Both the position numbers and the translations under genes were made by a program. 64,000 nucleotides of DNA from Podarcis vaucheri. Taxonomy: Eukaryota. The DNA lies in NCBI GenBank assembly GCA_965113315.1, contig OZ220366.1; one strand, given 5' to 3'. Numbering within the stretch: position 1 is the first letter of the stretch; each line of letters starts with the position of its first letter. This document shows positions 1 through 15,205 of the stretch, piece after piece. Below the pieces are notes generated by a model. It was not told where the DNA came from and did no database searches. It saw nothing but the letters and a program-made list of their open reading frames with translations.

Positions 1-1828
1 CAACCCGAAACGCACGAAGTCCCGCGATGGAAATACTGACGCAATAACTGGAAAGTTAAGTCGAGCGGCGTTTAGTTGATCTCAGCGGCCCCTTTCCTTT
101 CCAGAAAGTCTGCGTGCCATCTCCTACTAATTCTGAGGGAAATGCTTTTTTTAATAATAATTAAAAAAACAGCTTCGATCCAGGATTGTGGGCTCGGAAT
201 AACTACAAAAGGGCACAATTCAGCCACAGCTAAGCCCTAAGGCAGCCTGATCCCACGCAGTCTCCCTCGCCCGCTAGACTGACTTCCAAGCCAACGGGAG
301 AAATGGGAGCGTCGTCTTGATTCCCCTATTGAATTCAGTGGAGGGGAAGATGCGCACATTTTTTCAAGCTTGTATTTTTAAAATCAAAGTGGCTCAAGAA
401 GTGGTCGATTGACGCAGCCATACATTGAAAGCACATCGCCACACGCACACACCCAAGAATCCCGGGAACCGTAACTCACCCTCAAAATGCTCTGATTCCC
501 TTAAACTACATTTCCCGGAATTATTTGAAGGGGTGGGAGGGATGTGTGTATATATTATAGGCGCACAGCAACCCCAAAGGGCCCTTTTGCCATCAGTGCC
601 TGGCTTTCTAGGTTAGCTTCGCTTTCCGTAATCGCTTTGGTGTCTTGAAGGAGATCGTTGGTTTTTTCTCATCGCAGAAAGCTGGAAAGGAATCCTGACC
701 TGAAGTCGGGATGTGGCGGAAGATCCAGGAAAAGGGAGATGCAGGGGAGCGGATGGGGGGGGGCGAGGAGAGGGGCGCAGAAAAGGGGATGGTATAAAGA
801 GCGTTTTCAGAATGGAAAGGGAGCACAAAAGCCGGTTCCTTAAGCCTTGTAAACCGGCCTCTCCTTATTTGTGCAGGCTTTGCCCAAACATTGTTTCTGT
901 TACATGGAGACATGGGTTCCCAAGCGAAAGAAAAGCCAGGAGTCGAGGAAAAGTAAACAGGCTCCGGCTCCCCGGACTTTGGAAGTCTCCGCGTTTCTTC
1001 GCATAAAACTATTGGGCCGGCTTTTTCCTTCTATTAACGTGTTAATGTGAAGGTCAGGTCTTAGCTTACCCGGGTCAGGAGAGCTGGCAGGCATCTGGGG
1101 CTCACGGTTCCACCGCTCCTTGATATTGTCGCGCTGCGGCGGGAGTCAGTTTTCCCGGGGGTGGGGGGGGGTGGAGATAATAAATAGGCAGCAGCTCCAA
1201 AGCAAAATTGCCATCTCAGGTCACCCTCCCAGCAGGCTCCCTTGGGGTGGGGGACATCGCAATCGCCACCGAAGGTCCCGATTCTCTGCCTAGTTATTAG
1301 AGAAAGCGAAATGTTCCTGAGAGGTGGCTTCATTCAAGTCCAGCTGCCTTTGGCCTGGAATAGCCACAGATAAAGGGGCGAGTTTCAAAGCACCCCCACG
1401 GTCGTTTAATGCCCGCTCCTGCTCCGGTTTCCTCAGAAGTCAGCCTCCCTGAGTTCAATGGGACGTTCCCAAGGAGGATCGCTTAGGGACGGTGCCATTT
1501 CAACCCATTGTATGTTTACTCGGAAGTAAGCCCATTGGGGCTGCCTCCAAGTTAAGTGCGCAGAGGGACAAGAGACTCTTAAAGGTTGTTGTGGTTGCTC
1601 TAACCTGGAAGTAGGTGCCACTAAAATGAAGGGGACTGAAATCAGAACACATAGGATCATTCAAAGCTGCTTGAAAGTGAACCTCGTGGATTCCAGCGCA
1701 TACTGTAAAACTGAGAGCACCATCGTTAGGACAAATTTACCCAAGTTTCCTGGCATTCAGCGCTGCTTAGACTTTTAAGTAAACCTGTGAGAGATCGCAG
1801 CTTCGGACCCGCTGAAATCACTCCCAGC

Positions 1829-1975
1829 CAGGGGTGCCAACTTGAATAAAATATTGGGGGAGGGGACCAGGTAAGCCGCGCATAATCGATCACAAGACGG
1901 TGGGCGCGCGCAGCATTTGAATAGGAATCCCAACAACTTTGGGGGGTGGCAGCCCCCTAGGAGTTGGCTCCTATG
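1829..1975 (+). mobile_element. hAT-type non-autonomous element (MITE)
   Basis: Termini caggggtgccaac / gttggctcctatg; 8-bp TSD ctcccagc / ctcccggc; related reversed copy at ~21110-21240. Confidence 0.7.
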
Positions 1976-2869
1976 CTCCCGGCCCTTTAGCCATTGCAGC
2001 AAACACGCTCCAAGCAGTTATGTTAAGGACCCAAGAGCAATAGGAAAACTGTACTTCTAGAGAGTCAAGCACATTGAACTCAATGGGATTTATTTCTCAG
2101 GCCACATCTTTAGTTAGGATCCTCACCAAACGCCCCTCCATCCTAAAAGCAAATAGAACTCTTATTGCATCTTCCAAATAATTCATGTCAGCAGGACTTA
2201 CTACTACGAGGACCTTCCCTGCCGTGTGCGCCTCCCTAACTTGGAAGGAAATCCCTTGAAAGCAAACGTTTCCAGGGCATTTCGCGCTACAGATGAAATA
2301 TACAGGGTCCGACTGTGTAAGGCAGGAAAGAACAAACTCCTCCGTTTGGGACGTCGGAGCAAGGATCTCCAAGTCCGCCCGCAATTGACAAATTGCGAAG
2401 AAATGAGCAGAGTTTTGTTCTCTGATTCCGGCGCAGCTGCTTGTCTACTCCGGCTCCCCGATCTCTAATAATTATTATCAAGTGGCGTTTATTTATTATA
2501 TGATATATGGTGTCCCCGGTTTGGACAGAGAGAATACTTTATGGTACAGCAGCTCTTGTTCCATTTTATAGAGTTTGGGGACAGGATTTTATTACCCACC
2601 CACCCAAAAAGGAAAGCAAGCCCCGGCTCTAAACACACCGAAGGAGAGCTGACTTTGGTGCGAGATTCAGAGCGTAAAGTTATGTTTTCTATCTGTTCCA
2701 CGCGATTCCCATTTATCCTCTCTCCCCAGGAAAAATAATGTCTTTTTTTTAAAGGGGGGGTGGCTTTTAAGTCCAGCGAAGCAGGATGGGGACAGGAGGC
2801 ACCAGCCTTTGGAAATGAGCTTCATCAGGAAAGGAGAAGGTGAAATATACCCTGCTAAGAAAAGCGCAC

Positions 2870-3320
2870 AGGGACCGGCTTTGTTACGGCCGGAGACAGC
2901 CGCCCGCGTCTGCTAAAGAGATCAGGGTCCTCGTCTAGATGGGGAAGGAAGCGAGGGAAGCAGCTGCTGTAAAATGGCGGCGAGGTCTGGGCGCATTTAC
3001 GCGGAGCCCGCCGCGAATCTTTTCCGCGGGCCGCTAGATGCGCTTCTGGCGGGCCGGCGCTTTGGCGGCTTCAGCCGCTGGCGCGCCACCGCCTGGGGTT
3101 TGCAGCAGGCAGGATGGAAGGACAAGGGGGGGCGGTGAGGTGAGAGGGGCCCCCCCACACAGGAAATGGACCTTTACTTTCCCAGTTAATTAGTAGTTAG
3201 CTAACTTCGGCTGACGAAATGGAAGAAAAGGGCCGGTTTGAGATGAATGGAAGAGCTTTGAGTAGGGAAACTTACTTTGGAGTAAAAGCGCGCGGGGTTC
3301 GGGCTGAGCCGGCACTTTGT
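2870..3320. promoter_or_regulatory. Upstream CpG-rich island
   Basis: Dense CG dinucleotides (gccgcgaatc, gggccggcgc, ggcgcgccacc) with no recognisable repeat. Confidence 0.5.
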
Positions 3321-6300
3321 TAGGATCGGATTGTGTCCACAATTTCTCTGCAGAGCCGCCTTTCCGCAAAACCGTTCTCCAGGCGGCCTACAACAAGAAC
3401 AACTAACAATCTCTTTAAGGGCCCCGATTCTCCCAGAGAACATCTCACTGAATCCAGCCCGAATTCTCGGGATTGGGGTAGTAGGAACCGATGTCGGAAT
3501 GTCTCCATTTGCCATGTTGTTGGGAAGGCAGTCCAAAACCTACCTAAACCGTCTGCGCCGTTTCTGCCTGATTTAGGCGCTTACCTCTCCCCAAAATGAA
3601 CGGGCGCGCGCTCACCTCCCCAACCCTTGTTGTTTGACACCAAGAATAGTATTTGTATTAACTCGCCGATTAAAGGGGGTTTCTGCCTTAGATTTTACAA
3701 AGCGATAGACAAAGGGTAGAGTTAGGTTAATGCCACTTATCTTCGCTTAGTGGCCAAACCTGCAAGGGAAGCAAATCAGAAGCGGACCCCGGGTTGCTCG
3801 ATCGAGAAAGAAGCAAGTGGCCCGGATTCCAGCGATCCCGGCTCAAACCCCTGCTATCTTGGGAAGCCAAAGGCGTGGCAGCAGTTTTGCATTTATTTTA
3901 AAATGCAAGCAAATATAGGGTAAGTGACTTCAGACGATTCTTTCTGCACGGTGATGTGGGAAAGATCCGTCAGATAAGAATTGTGAAAAGCATATCCGCC
4001 ATGAAAACTTCTGCAATAGTAATATTCTGACGCATCACTACCAAAATACTCTGCTTCTGCGGATTCAGGATTGGGTATATTCCATTTTCCGCCTTTCCCC
4101 CCTTACCTTGTTTTCAGCCTGACCCTGTGCTCCTTGGGTAACTCTTACAAGTCTACCCATAACCCAGTTAAGGACACCCTCCCCCTTTAAAAACAAAACA
4201 CAAAACAAAACAAAACAATAGTCTCTCATTTGCTTGGAGGGCACGAAGTGAGTCTAAATCGGAGCGCTCTGGTTTGGCTGGTCAGGCCAGTCAAGCAGGA
4301 ACCGTCGTTAATACCAAACTGTCGCTGTTTATTTTAGAAGAAGCTGATCTTTTATTACCGGGCCATTTAATTTATTTCTGTTTATCGTCCTAGGCAGCGA
4401 TCTTGGACAAAAGCAGTCACTTTCGGGCTGGAGGTTTGCTTAGAAGGGGGTCTCTTTGGGAGGGTCTGTTAATCTGTGACCCCCTCAGGAAATGTGGTGG
4501 TGGTGTTATTTTGCAGGACTCCAAACCGGGTGTAAGAGAAGCGCTTTCGACGCCTTGCTGAACCAGGATTGTTCAGCAGTTCTCTCTCTGACCCTCACAA
4601 GTCACAGTTTAAAAGAGCCAGCTCTGATAATGCTAAACCTATTTAAGGAATACTTAATACAGAATGCGTCGTTTGTCTAACTCTTTCCTAAGAGCAAAGT
4701 CCCGCTGTCCCGCTATTCGTGTCCTGTTCAGCCGAGTTAGTCGGTCTCACCACCGCGAAGTTGAAAGTTACAGACGTAGAAAATATGTTTTTCGTGTCGT
4801 GGTGGGTGCAGCAAAATCAGACACTCTTAAGAGAGAGAAAGCCTAATGTGTGGAACCGCCTGAGAACTTTTGCCAACGTTCTGGAGCCGGCTTGGTTTCC
4901 AACTCATGGAGCACATTTTTGCAGAAAACTGGGACAAAGCGGTTTAAACCCAAATGTTCTATCCCGGTTAGGAACAGATCTGTGATCCTGCCTGTGTCTA
5001 CTCTGTTTCCACATACACAGAAGCAGCACTTCTGTCTCCAGAGAGCGAAGCCCAAGCCTTAGCCATCCAGATTGTATTCTGTGGCTTTGGGGATTGTCAA
5101 TAGGAAAAGCGCAAAGGGTTTACTTTAGGTGGAAGCAAGGCTCCTCGGTTCCTGCGGAAGTCAACGGCCAACCAACTAAGTGATTTCAGAGAGTGGTTTA
5201 AGCGCAGCAGCGCTCACACACATTCATTTTCTTCCCAACTGCTGAGAGCAATTGTTTGGTAGGTCTGCACCACCCGGGATCCTAAACCCTCTAAATGGAG
5301 AATAAAGCCGGTTTAGTCCCATGTCATTAACTGTCACAAAAGCGCGACGTGTCACTCATTGTATGTGTGTTGGAGAGGGGGGTGGGATGTCTAGTCTCGT
5401 AGTCGTTGATCTTATGTAATTTTGTGAGGAAGAAAGTCCTACTACTGTCAATAATACCAGCCCAGAGAAAGCAGTTAGGCTGCCTCAGCTCCTCGCATCG
5501 TAAGCAAGGAAATATATTAACAGCGCAACCCTACGCGTGTCTACTCGGAAATAAACCTTGCTAAAGTCATCGGAGCTCGTAGGCTGCCATACTAACCCTC
5601 CCAAGTACCTGGGAGTATAACCACTGGATTCAATAGGGCTTACTTCTGAGTAGACGAGGTTAGGATTGAACTACGAATCACCTATTTTAAAGTGTTATTA
5701 AATGCGCCTCGCCTCGTGTTCCGTAATATTCAAAAGAATTAAATAAGTGGCCCATAATGGATTAAATTGCTGGTGTTAATACGATGTTTGCAGTCTGTTG
5801 ACCTGAGAAATGCGCGGCTACCAATGGCTCCTTCTGCCATGCAGGCGCTACTTCCAAATCTAAAGGATGGTGTTAAGGCTTTTAAAAGCGTTTCTATCCG
5901 CTTCCCAGGGAGCAGGGAAGATGTACCAGGAAGTTTGGTTCATTTCAATAGGCCTGCTTTCCAAGCCCAGGTGAGACCGCGGCCCAGGCTGCGGAGGAAT
6001 TGCCTCGAGCGGTGCCCTAAAAGCGCAACGGAGCCCCTGGCAGAGGCCGGGTGTAGACACAGAGCAGCTTTGCTGGGGAACTGCCCCCCTCCGAGCCCTG
6101 AAAGTCAAAAGGACGCAGCAGGGTTGGGAAGACAATCGGATTTCCCTATGAGAGGCGTTTCAGATGCGAGCAGAGCCGCGCTTCCTCGGAAGTAAGCGTC
6201 ATGGGGTTCACTTGCAATAAAACTTGCTTAGGGCTGACAGAGTGTGTGCCTTGTGTATGTGTGTGAGGGAGGGAGGGAGGGAGGGAGAGAGCGGGGAGCT

Positions 6301-6885
6301 TCGCAGGATGTAGATTTCCATCCGATTCCTCTGCAGGCTTCAGAAAACACCTCGGAATCCTCCTCGCTAAGGTCAGTGTGCGAGGCATGAATTCACAAAG
6401 CAGATGCATTGTCAGAGGACTCGGGCAAAGCAGCAGCAGCCAGCTGATGGGAAGGAACCCAGAGCCGCAAACCACAGTCCTGCTTACGCCAGGACAGTCC
6501 CGTCGAATTTAATCGGACTACTCAAAAGCATATATACACTGTGTTACTTACACTGCTATTTAGACCATTTCTGCGCGTCTAAAAACGCCTAAGAAGATAC
6601 TCCATGTTGAATAGAGATTAAACGGATGCGTATTTGCTCAGACGTAAGTTCCGTGGGGCTAACTACGGTATTCCCTGTCTGTCCGTCTCTCGTTCAGGTA
6701 ATACGATGTGTAAGTAGGCAGATTGGGGCGCAGGTACCTCCCTTCTTCGGAGCATCTTCGCTTGGAAAGAAGGCGCCCGCTCAGCCTGCAAGACCTACTG
6801 AATTCAGAGGAACTTGCTTCTAGGCAAGCATATACAGGATCGAGCTGCACGCATTAATTCGCGCAGCTTAATTTCAAATATTCAA

Positions 6886-7030
6886 GGTGGTTAGCTCACA
6901 TGTTAGAGCGTGGTGCTGACAACGCCCAGGTCGTGGGTTCGATCCTCGTGCGGGCCAGCTACATATTCCTGCATTGCAGGGAGTTGGATTAAATGATCCT
7001 CAGGTCTCTTCCAACTCTGCCATGATTCTA
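6886..7030 (+). mobile_element. tRNA(Ile)-derived SINE with CR1 LINE 3' tail
   Basis: Head 6886-6957 resembles tRNA-Ile (TTAGCTCA..GTTAGAGCGTGGTGCT..GGTTCGATCC..GGGCCA); tail cctgcattgcagggagttgga...ttccaactct...atgattcta matches the CR1 end at 28221. Confidence 0.85.
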
Positions 7031-7118
7031 TAAGTAAATATAGTCTTTAGGGTCGAGCGGCAGAGAAAAGGAAGGCTATGGAATATAGCAACGCGATTGG
7101 GTTCCAAAGGAGAAGGTT

Positions 7119-7222
7119 GCTACAGCTCCCGCCATCCCCAACAATTCCCTATGCTGGCTGCGGTTGATGGGAGTTGGAGTCCAAGAACATTGGGAGGGCC
7201 ACAGGCTCCCCACCATCTGCCC
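7119..7222. mobile_element. Short dispersed squamate repeat (MITE-like; ctaca.ctccc...gatgggagttg.agtcc family)
   Basis: Partial relatives at ~7883-7935, 20405-20490, 51150-51210 and 52755-52830. Confidence 0.55.
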
Positions 7223-8879
7223 TAAAGACTGTCAGTGGCTCCTGTCCATTGATTGCGTAAAGCCGGACAGTTTGCCTCAATAGCAGATCCATCCTTTTGT
7301 GAGGTCAAGCTCCAGATCGGAGAGTTTGGAACCCCTAATCACCAGCACACCCAACCCTCCTCGCTGGTCCCAGAGCCGCCAGCCGCGTTGCTCGACGGCG
7401 GCCCCTCCACCATCCCCTACAATCCCAAGGCGTGCCTGATTGCTGCAGAGGACGGACAAGCGCGGTCCTCGCCAGCCGCCTGCCGCTGAGCAGTCCGTAG
7501 GTGGGATGAATTCCACCGCCCGCAGCGCAGTTAAAGTGGGCCTGGGATCGTGGTGGCCTCGATGGGCGACACTTCGGGGTACATTGCCTGGCGCATGCGA
7601 CTTTCCTGCAGGAAGTCACTTGGGCGCAAGATAGCCGCTTGTAGGCGAAGGAGATACGGCCTTTTCAGGCTTCCTCCTGGGTTGCACGTATGTACACAAA
7701 AGTCTCTCCCACTGCGTTCAGTGGAGCTCACTCCCGGGGAAGAGTGACTTCTGAGTAAGCCCATAGGACCCTGTATTGCTAGGGCAATTCAATGGATGGA
7801 AATCCCACAGTGTTAAATGAAGCTTCCTATCCAATGAGTGTGTACAGGATTGCAGAAAATCATATACTTCTGAGTTCTTGGAATACAGCCCCCATCATAC
7901 CCAAGGAAGCTCAGCTAACGGCCAGAGATGATGGGCCGTTGGGTCTGTATGCTGGGTCCCAAGGCTGAGTGTAGGCCAAGTTACTGGATTCCCCCATTCC
8001 GCCTCTCGAGTAGATCTGGGCCTCTGCGTTAGTGCGTCTTAGAGCTATTGGGGACCGGCAAATCTAAACTCAGAAGAAAGTCCCACAGAGTTGCGCGGGA
8101 CAGACCCTCAGAGACGTGTGTGCAGGATCGCGCATCCCTATGAACATTGGGAATAGGGGTGAGCAATCAACTAGGTCGACGGGGAGTTGAAGTCTGGCGA
8201 CAGACCTAGGGGTTGCATATATACTTGGAAGAGGAGGACACGATTAACTAACAGCACAATCGTATGCTTGTCAACTCAGAAGCCAGCCTCATTGAGTTCA
8301 GTGGGGCAGAGAAGTGAGTCAAGGATGGGCGCCTAAGTAATGTTGATCCGCTCTTTCATAACATGCTTGGGAGTCCAGAGGCGATTTTACACCCCAAACC
8401 TTCTTCTTGCTCACTAGAGGGGAAATCCCACCGTTTTAATGGAATGTATTATTAATAAACCAGTCAGGATCCATTAACTAATATGGTTGCTCAGAAACCG
8501 CTGAAGCCTCACTCCCAGTTTAATAGGTAACAAGCTTGGTCAGTTGAGTGGAAACTAGTGCAACTTAAGGACCTTTAACCGACCAAAAGAACCTTAACTT
8601 CCAGCGCGATCAGATCCTAAGCACGTTTATTCAGAAGTAAACAAATTGCGGGGGGTTCAGTGCTCTGGGGACCGCTGCTTTAGGTGGATTCTGGATCCGG
8701 CGCGGGTCAGAGGCCGGAATTTTTTATTTCAAAATGCCTAGATTCTGTCGAAAGCTGTAGGATCTTAAATAAGGCAAGGCGTTTGCTTGGAAAGACCTTC
8801 CACCGACTGCCTTCGAGATCCTTCCTTTGTGGACAGAGAGCTGAAAGACAAGCGCCTTCCTGGCCTTGGCAGGACGTCT

Positions 8880-10738
<1,859 letters not shown>

Positions 10739-13514
10739 TAGTGGTTTTCCGCCTCCTTAGGGGGCCACTGCATTCAGCTTCAAAGGTAGGTCAGCTAACC
10801 CTACTGGGGTTAATTCTGTCGAGGGGGTATCCTGGACGTGTGCCCCAAAATCCTGGTCTGGGGGCACCAGTTGGCTTTTAGGAGGACCCGAAAGAGAACC
10901 ACGGGCTAAATGGATCTTTGGGGCCAATCCAGGGGCTTCTTAGGGTCCTACTCGATTGTCAGCGGAGGCTGTAGTGAGCTCTCGGGGTTGCCTTGGAGAG
11001 GCCGGCGTTTAGTTCTCTGCACATAGTTAGAAAGACACTCAGAGCTCGATTTGCAACGTTTTGGGTGGCCACTCTCTGACACCACCAGCTGAATAACTTG
11101 TTCAGCCCCACGGACGCCAAGGCAGCCGCGGATCGCGACCAGCCCCCCCCCGCCCCCATTCTCCCTTGTTCCTATGTTTGTTAGTTGCAGCGAAGCCCTT
11201 TGCTTTTGGGAGCGATTTCCGTGACTTTTTGTAGGACTACTCTGAAGTTTCAAAAATTGTAGATTGTGGCCCAAGAACCCCAAACGGCGTTTCTTTAAAA
11301 TAACTTCAGTGGCCTTTTGCTTAACGAAACGTGTTGAACATCGGACTGAGAGTTCTTTAATACCAGACACGGAAGCCTGAGTGCAGAAATAAAAGGTATT
11401 TGCAGCAATCTGCAACGCATTTAGTGCTGGAGTAGTCCTGCTGAAGTCAAGAGACTTGCAGGAGAGAGATGGCCATTGCAGCCGGGACAGTGAAGCACTT
11501 TCCACCATTAAAAACACAAATCCTTCCGATGTCACATGTACTGCATCTGATAGGACTTCTGTGGGAGGAAGACAAGACAGGATTTGTCAGTCAATTGTCA
11601 GACAATTCACCATAAAAGCACAGCAAAATAAACCCTTTAACTAAACTTCGCTAGCAATATTTAGAAGAAAGAGGGGGAGATGTGTGTAACGTTCCAGAAA
11701 AAGGGGAGATCCGTGTTTTAGCCATGACTGCTGGGGTTTCCACCAACAGTCCATGGTTTGTCAGACTCAGGGAAGAAAAAGAAAACTTTGGAAGATTACA
11801 TTTTGTATCTCGCGATCTAGGGGGGAAAGTGTCAAGTTTTCCAAGATCAAAGGCCTACCAACACTACAGATTTGCTCGCTTGTTGCCTGAATCGTATATA
11901 CCATCCCGAAAATCGTGCAGGTGAAAAATAGACAACAGTCCTGCTCTCCGTATCTTTAACCAGCAAAACAAGCTGAATTGAGCAGATAAAGGACTCGACA
12001 GCCCGAGGGCGATCGAGTGGGGAGGAGCTGGAAAGTAAACTCACTTCCCTCCAACCTGAGGCGTTATTACAATTTTTTTTACTTTATGAGTCATATAAAG
12101 CAACGGCGCTTACTCCTAAGTAAATGTGCTGAGGATCTAAGTGAACAGATTCGAGAGGAAATGACTGAGCAGTGCAATTCTATGCGTGCCTATTCAGAAG
12201 TGTGTGTGAAATTGCAGCCAAAAGAACTTTATTTGAAGGTTAAGGCGGAATGATTTAATTTAAGCTTTCTTATACTGTAATACAGATCAGCTGAATTGGG
12301 GGTTCGGAGAGTCGCACACGATCTCAAACCCGCACTCGCAAAGCCAGCACCCTAAACCCATTTAGACTCAGACGGTCCCAGTTCAACTCGGGGTGTCTCC
12401 AGGTATGGCTTTTTGCAGCCTTGGAAAAGTGCTCCCAGTTAGAATATTGTGCTACATGGTCTGACTCAGTAATAAGTTGAGTTGTGCGCTTAAAAAATAA
12501 TAATAGTAAAGTCGATTGATTGCAATCTAAATACCTTAGGCGCAAGGTCTGCTATTCTAGGATATCTACTTTAAAATGCGCCCTACTGGAATTAGAGGGG
12601 CCCCTGTGGCGAGATCAGTGGCAATTCCTAGGTATACGATTAGCTAGCAGTATAACTGGACTTGCAGTACAAACTGAAAAGCTGAGATTTGGCCCAGGAA
12701 GCCCTCTGGGTCTCTCTCGCTGGGTCGCCTATATTTGAAAGTGGTGTAAGTAAACTCTCCACCGCAGCTTATCCGCAATGGTGTGGATTTCGCCGGTTTC
12801 CCTTTTCGTGCAGCCGCCTGCAGGGCCGCGCTTTCGGCGGAAACCCCTCCTCAGCGCCAGCCTTGAAATTGACAGGAGTCGCAGGGAGATATGCGTCTTA
12901 GCCTCCGCTGTAAACAAGCGCTCAGCCGGCTTGGGTGGTGGGCAGCGCCAGCCGGGAATCGAGCTGAGCTGAGCTGACGGCAGGAGATATAATTAGTTCC
13001 ATCCAGCGCCGCAGACAGCTGCTCAAAGCAGCCTCTCTGCTCTGATAAGCCCCGCGCACTGCTTTAAATAATGTTCATTCTCCTTTACAAACAAAGAGAG
13101 ACACACGGAAAGAGATGACTTACCCACCTCTATCCCTCTGGAGGCAGGGTTGCGTCAGATTAAATGTATTGTCCTTGCGTTTTCTTCCCCTACAATCCCA
13201 AACCCTAAAATAAAATGCACCTGCCATTTGGTGGAGATTGCCTTGTGGCTTGGCTTACTCGCTTGAGTTTTCTAACTTCCGCATTTCGTAGGATCACTTC
13301 CTCCAGAGATGGGAAAATAGACTTTCATTTTTCGTTTTATGGTTTAACAATCGCTGGGTCAGAAAGGAAGTCACCCTTACACCTGAGCCGCTCTAATGTT
13401 GATAGCAGACGTTTTATTTGTACACTCGGATTTCGAACAAACTATCTAGTTAAGAGTGGTTTGAGACAGGTTTTTTTTTTGCTTTGTTTTGTATCTCTCT
13501 TCTTAAGACCAGAG

Positions 13515-13750
13515 TCCTACGCATACTTAATAAAAGTACAGTTTTATGAAAGTTGCCGAAAGTAAATGCCATTGAGTTAAATGGAACTTACTCCCGTGAA
13601 AGTATGTCTAGGATTCTATGCACACTTAATTAGGAGTATGTGCCATCGAAGTCAAAGGGACTTACTTCTGAGTAGGCAGGTATAGGATTGCACTGATGAT
13701 CACACTGAAATCAAGGGGGCTTGCTTGCAAGTTGATGTGCTTGAGGCTGG
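13515..13750. repeat. Cluster of ~85-bp palindromic mini-elements (tandem/nested copies)
   Basis: aagtaaatgccattgagttaaatggaacttactccc...taggatt followed by ggagtatgtgccatcgaagtcaaagggacttacttctgagtag...ataggattgc. Confidence 0.75.
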
Positions 13751-14754
13751 TATTCTATCAATGTTGATTATTATCTGAGCAGTGTACATGGTGTATTACA
13801 CTGTAACAAATAGTTCCCTGCCCCAGGAAGCTTACAGTATAAATTGTTGTCCTATTTCTATCCTAATCCTTTAAAAAGCTTATATTGAAATCAATTGGGT
13901 TTACCTTTTCACTCCTGCTTGCGGGCAACTCTGGCCTGAATGAGGAGGCCTGTTCTAATGCGCTCATTTTGCATCTGATGCCTGGAAAGCCGAGAGTTTT
14001 GTTTGTTTTGTTTTCATTTGATCAAGCGTTTGCTATAGCTGTAAGCACACTATAAAAAGCCCCATCCCGTCGGAAGGAAGGCAAGTAGCTTCGGGAATCT
14101 GCTCTTCCCAAGTCACCAGTGCTCCTGCTGGCTAAGAATTCTCTTTGGGATATTTCCCCTTCGCTTCTTAAAATTAACTCAGAGAAGAGGCATTGTGGGA
14201 GGTTGCTTAAGAATAGCCAGCTACATCATTTCAATTTCTTTGGCTAGATTTTCAGGCAAAGCTGCGGTTCCTTCAGCAAAAGGATGCCCTTATTTCTCCA
14301 GTCCTCGGCATTTTATTTCATAGGCTTTGAATCCAAGGTTTCATCCCCCCCAAAAAAAAAACGCCACAATCCTACACAAGGAAGCAATTAGTCCCAATGA
14401 TTTCAGTGGCAGTTTCTTAGTGGACCCGAAACTGTCCGTAATCCCTGCTCACTTGAAAAGGTGCGTTTGAGCTGCGCATTTTTCAGTCGGAGGAAGTAAC
14501 AACCGGACGTGCAGTTTGTTTTCACGCTTTTTCTTCCCCCTCCTCTGCCTTGATAACTTGAGGCAGTTTGCCTAAAGAAAATATCCCAAATCAAGTGCTA
14601 GTTTGGCCTGTCTCGAGACCGTGGAGGTTAAGAAAAGAATAGACACCTCAAAAGCCCCGATTTTCCAGCCCCGTTTAAGACGAGTTCTGGGTGGGTGTTA
14701 AGGCGATTGCATCTCCAGCCTCATTCGGCTTGTTCGGCATTTCATAAAGTTCGT

Positions 14755-15205
14755 TGGTGTTACTCGGGAGTAAGTACTTTGAGGATTGTAGGGAAGCCCA
14801 TTAAGTTAAACAGAGCTTACTCCCAGGAAACTGGGCATGGGATTGCAGCCCTAACATTGACTGCCAGTCAGACTCTAAAGGCGTATACCAAGTTGTCCAA
14901 CCGAAGCACCAGGGGGAAAACGTTTGCCAGCATGTGCGTGTTCCTGCTGCGGAGATATACCGGCAAAGTCTAGCTTTAACAAATATCCATTAAACAGAGA
15001 ACATCTGAACTTACAAAAGCTAAGGACGCTGCAATACTTAGCATGTCTAGTCAGAAGTAGGTCCCATTGAGTTCAATAGATTTTACTCCCAGGGAAGTGG
15101 ATTTAGGGCTGCCGCTGATTCTGTATTCCTGGGCATTCCTAGAATAAATCCCACTGGACTCAGCAGGACTTACTTCCCCAGTAAACAGTGGGAAGATTGG
15201 GCTGC
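14755..15205. repeat. Cluster of ~85-bp palindromic mini-elements
   Basis: e.g. 15028-15115 gctgcaatacttagcatgtctagtcagaagtaggtcccattgagttcaatagattttactcccagggaagtggatttagggctgc. Confidence 0.75.

Noticed and set aside
6886-6957. Functional tRNA gene (apparent GAC anticodon)
   Set aside because: Damaged D-loop and acceptor stem, Ile-type body with mismatched anticodon, no T-run terminator, and fused to a CR1 tail, so it is a SINE head
10948-11535. 195-aa minus-strand ORF in intron 1
   Set aside because: No recognisable homology or splice structure; consistent with chance
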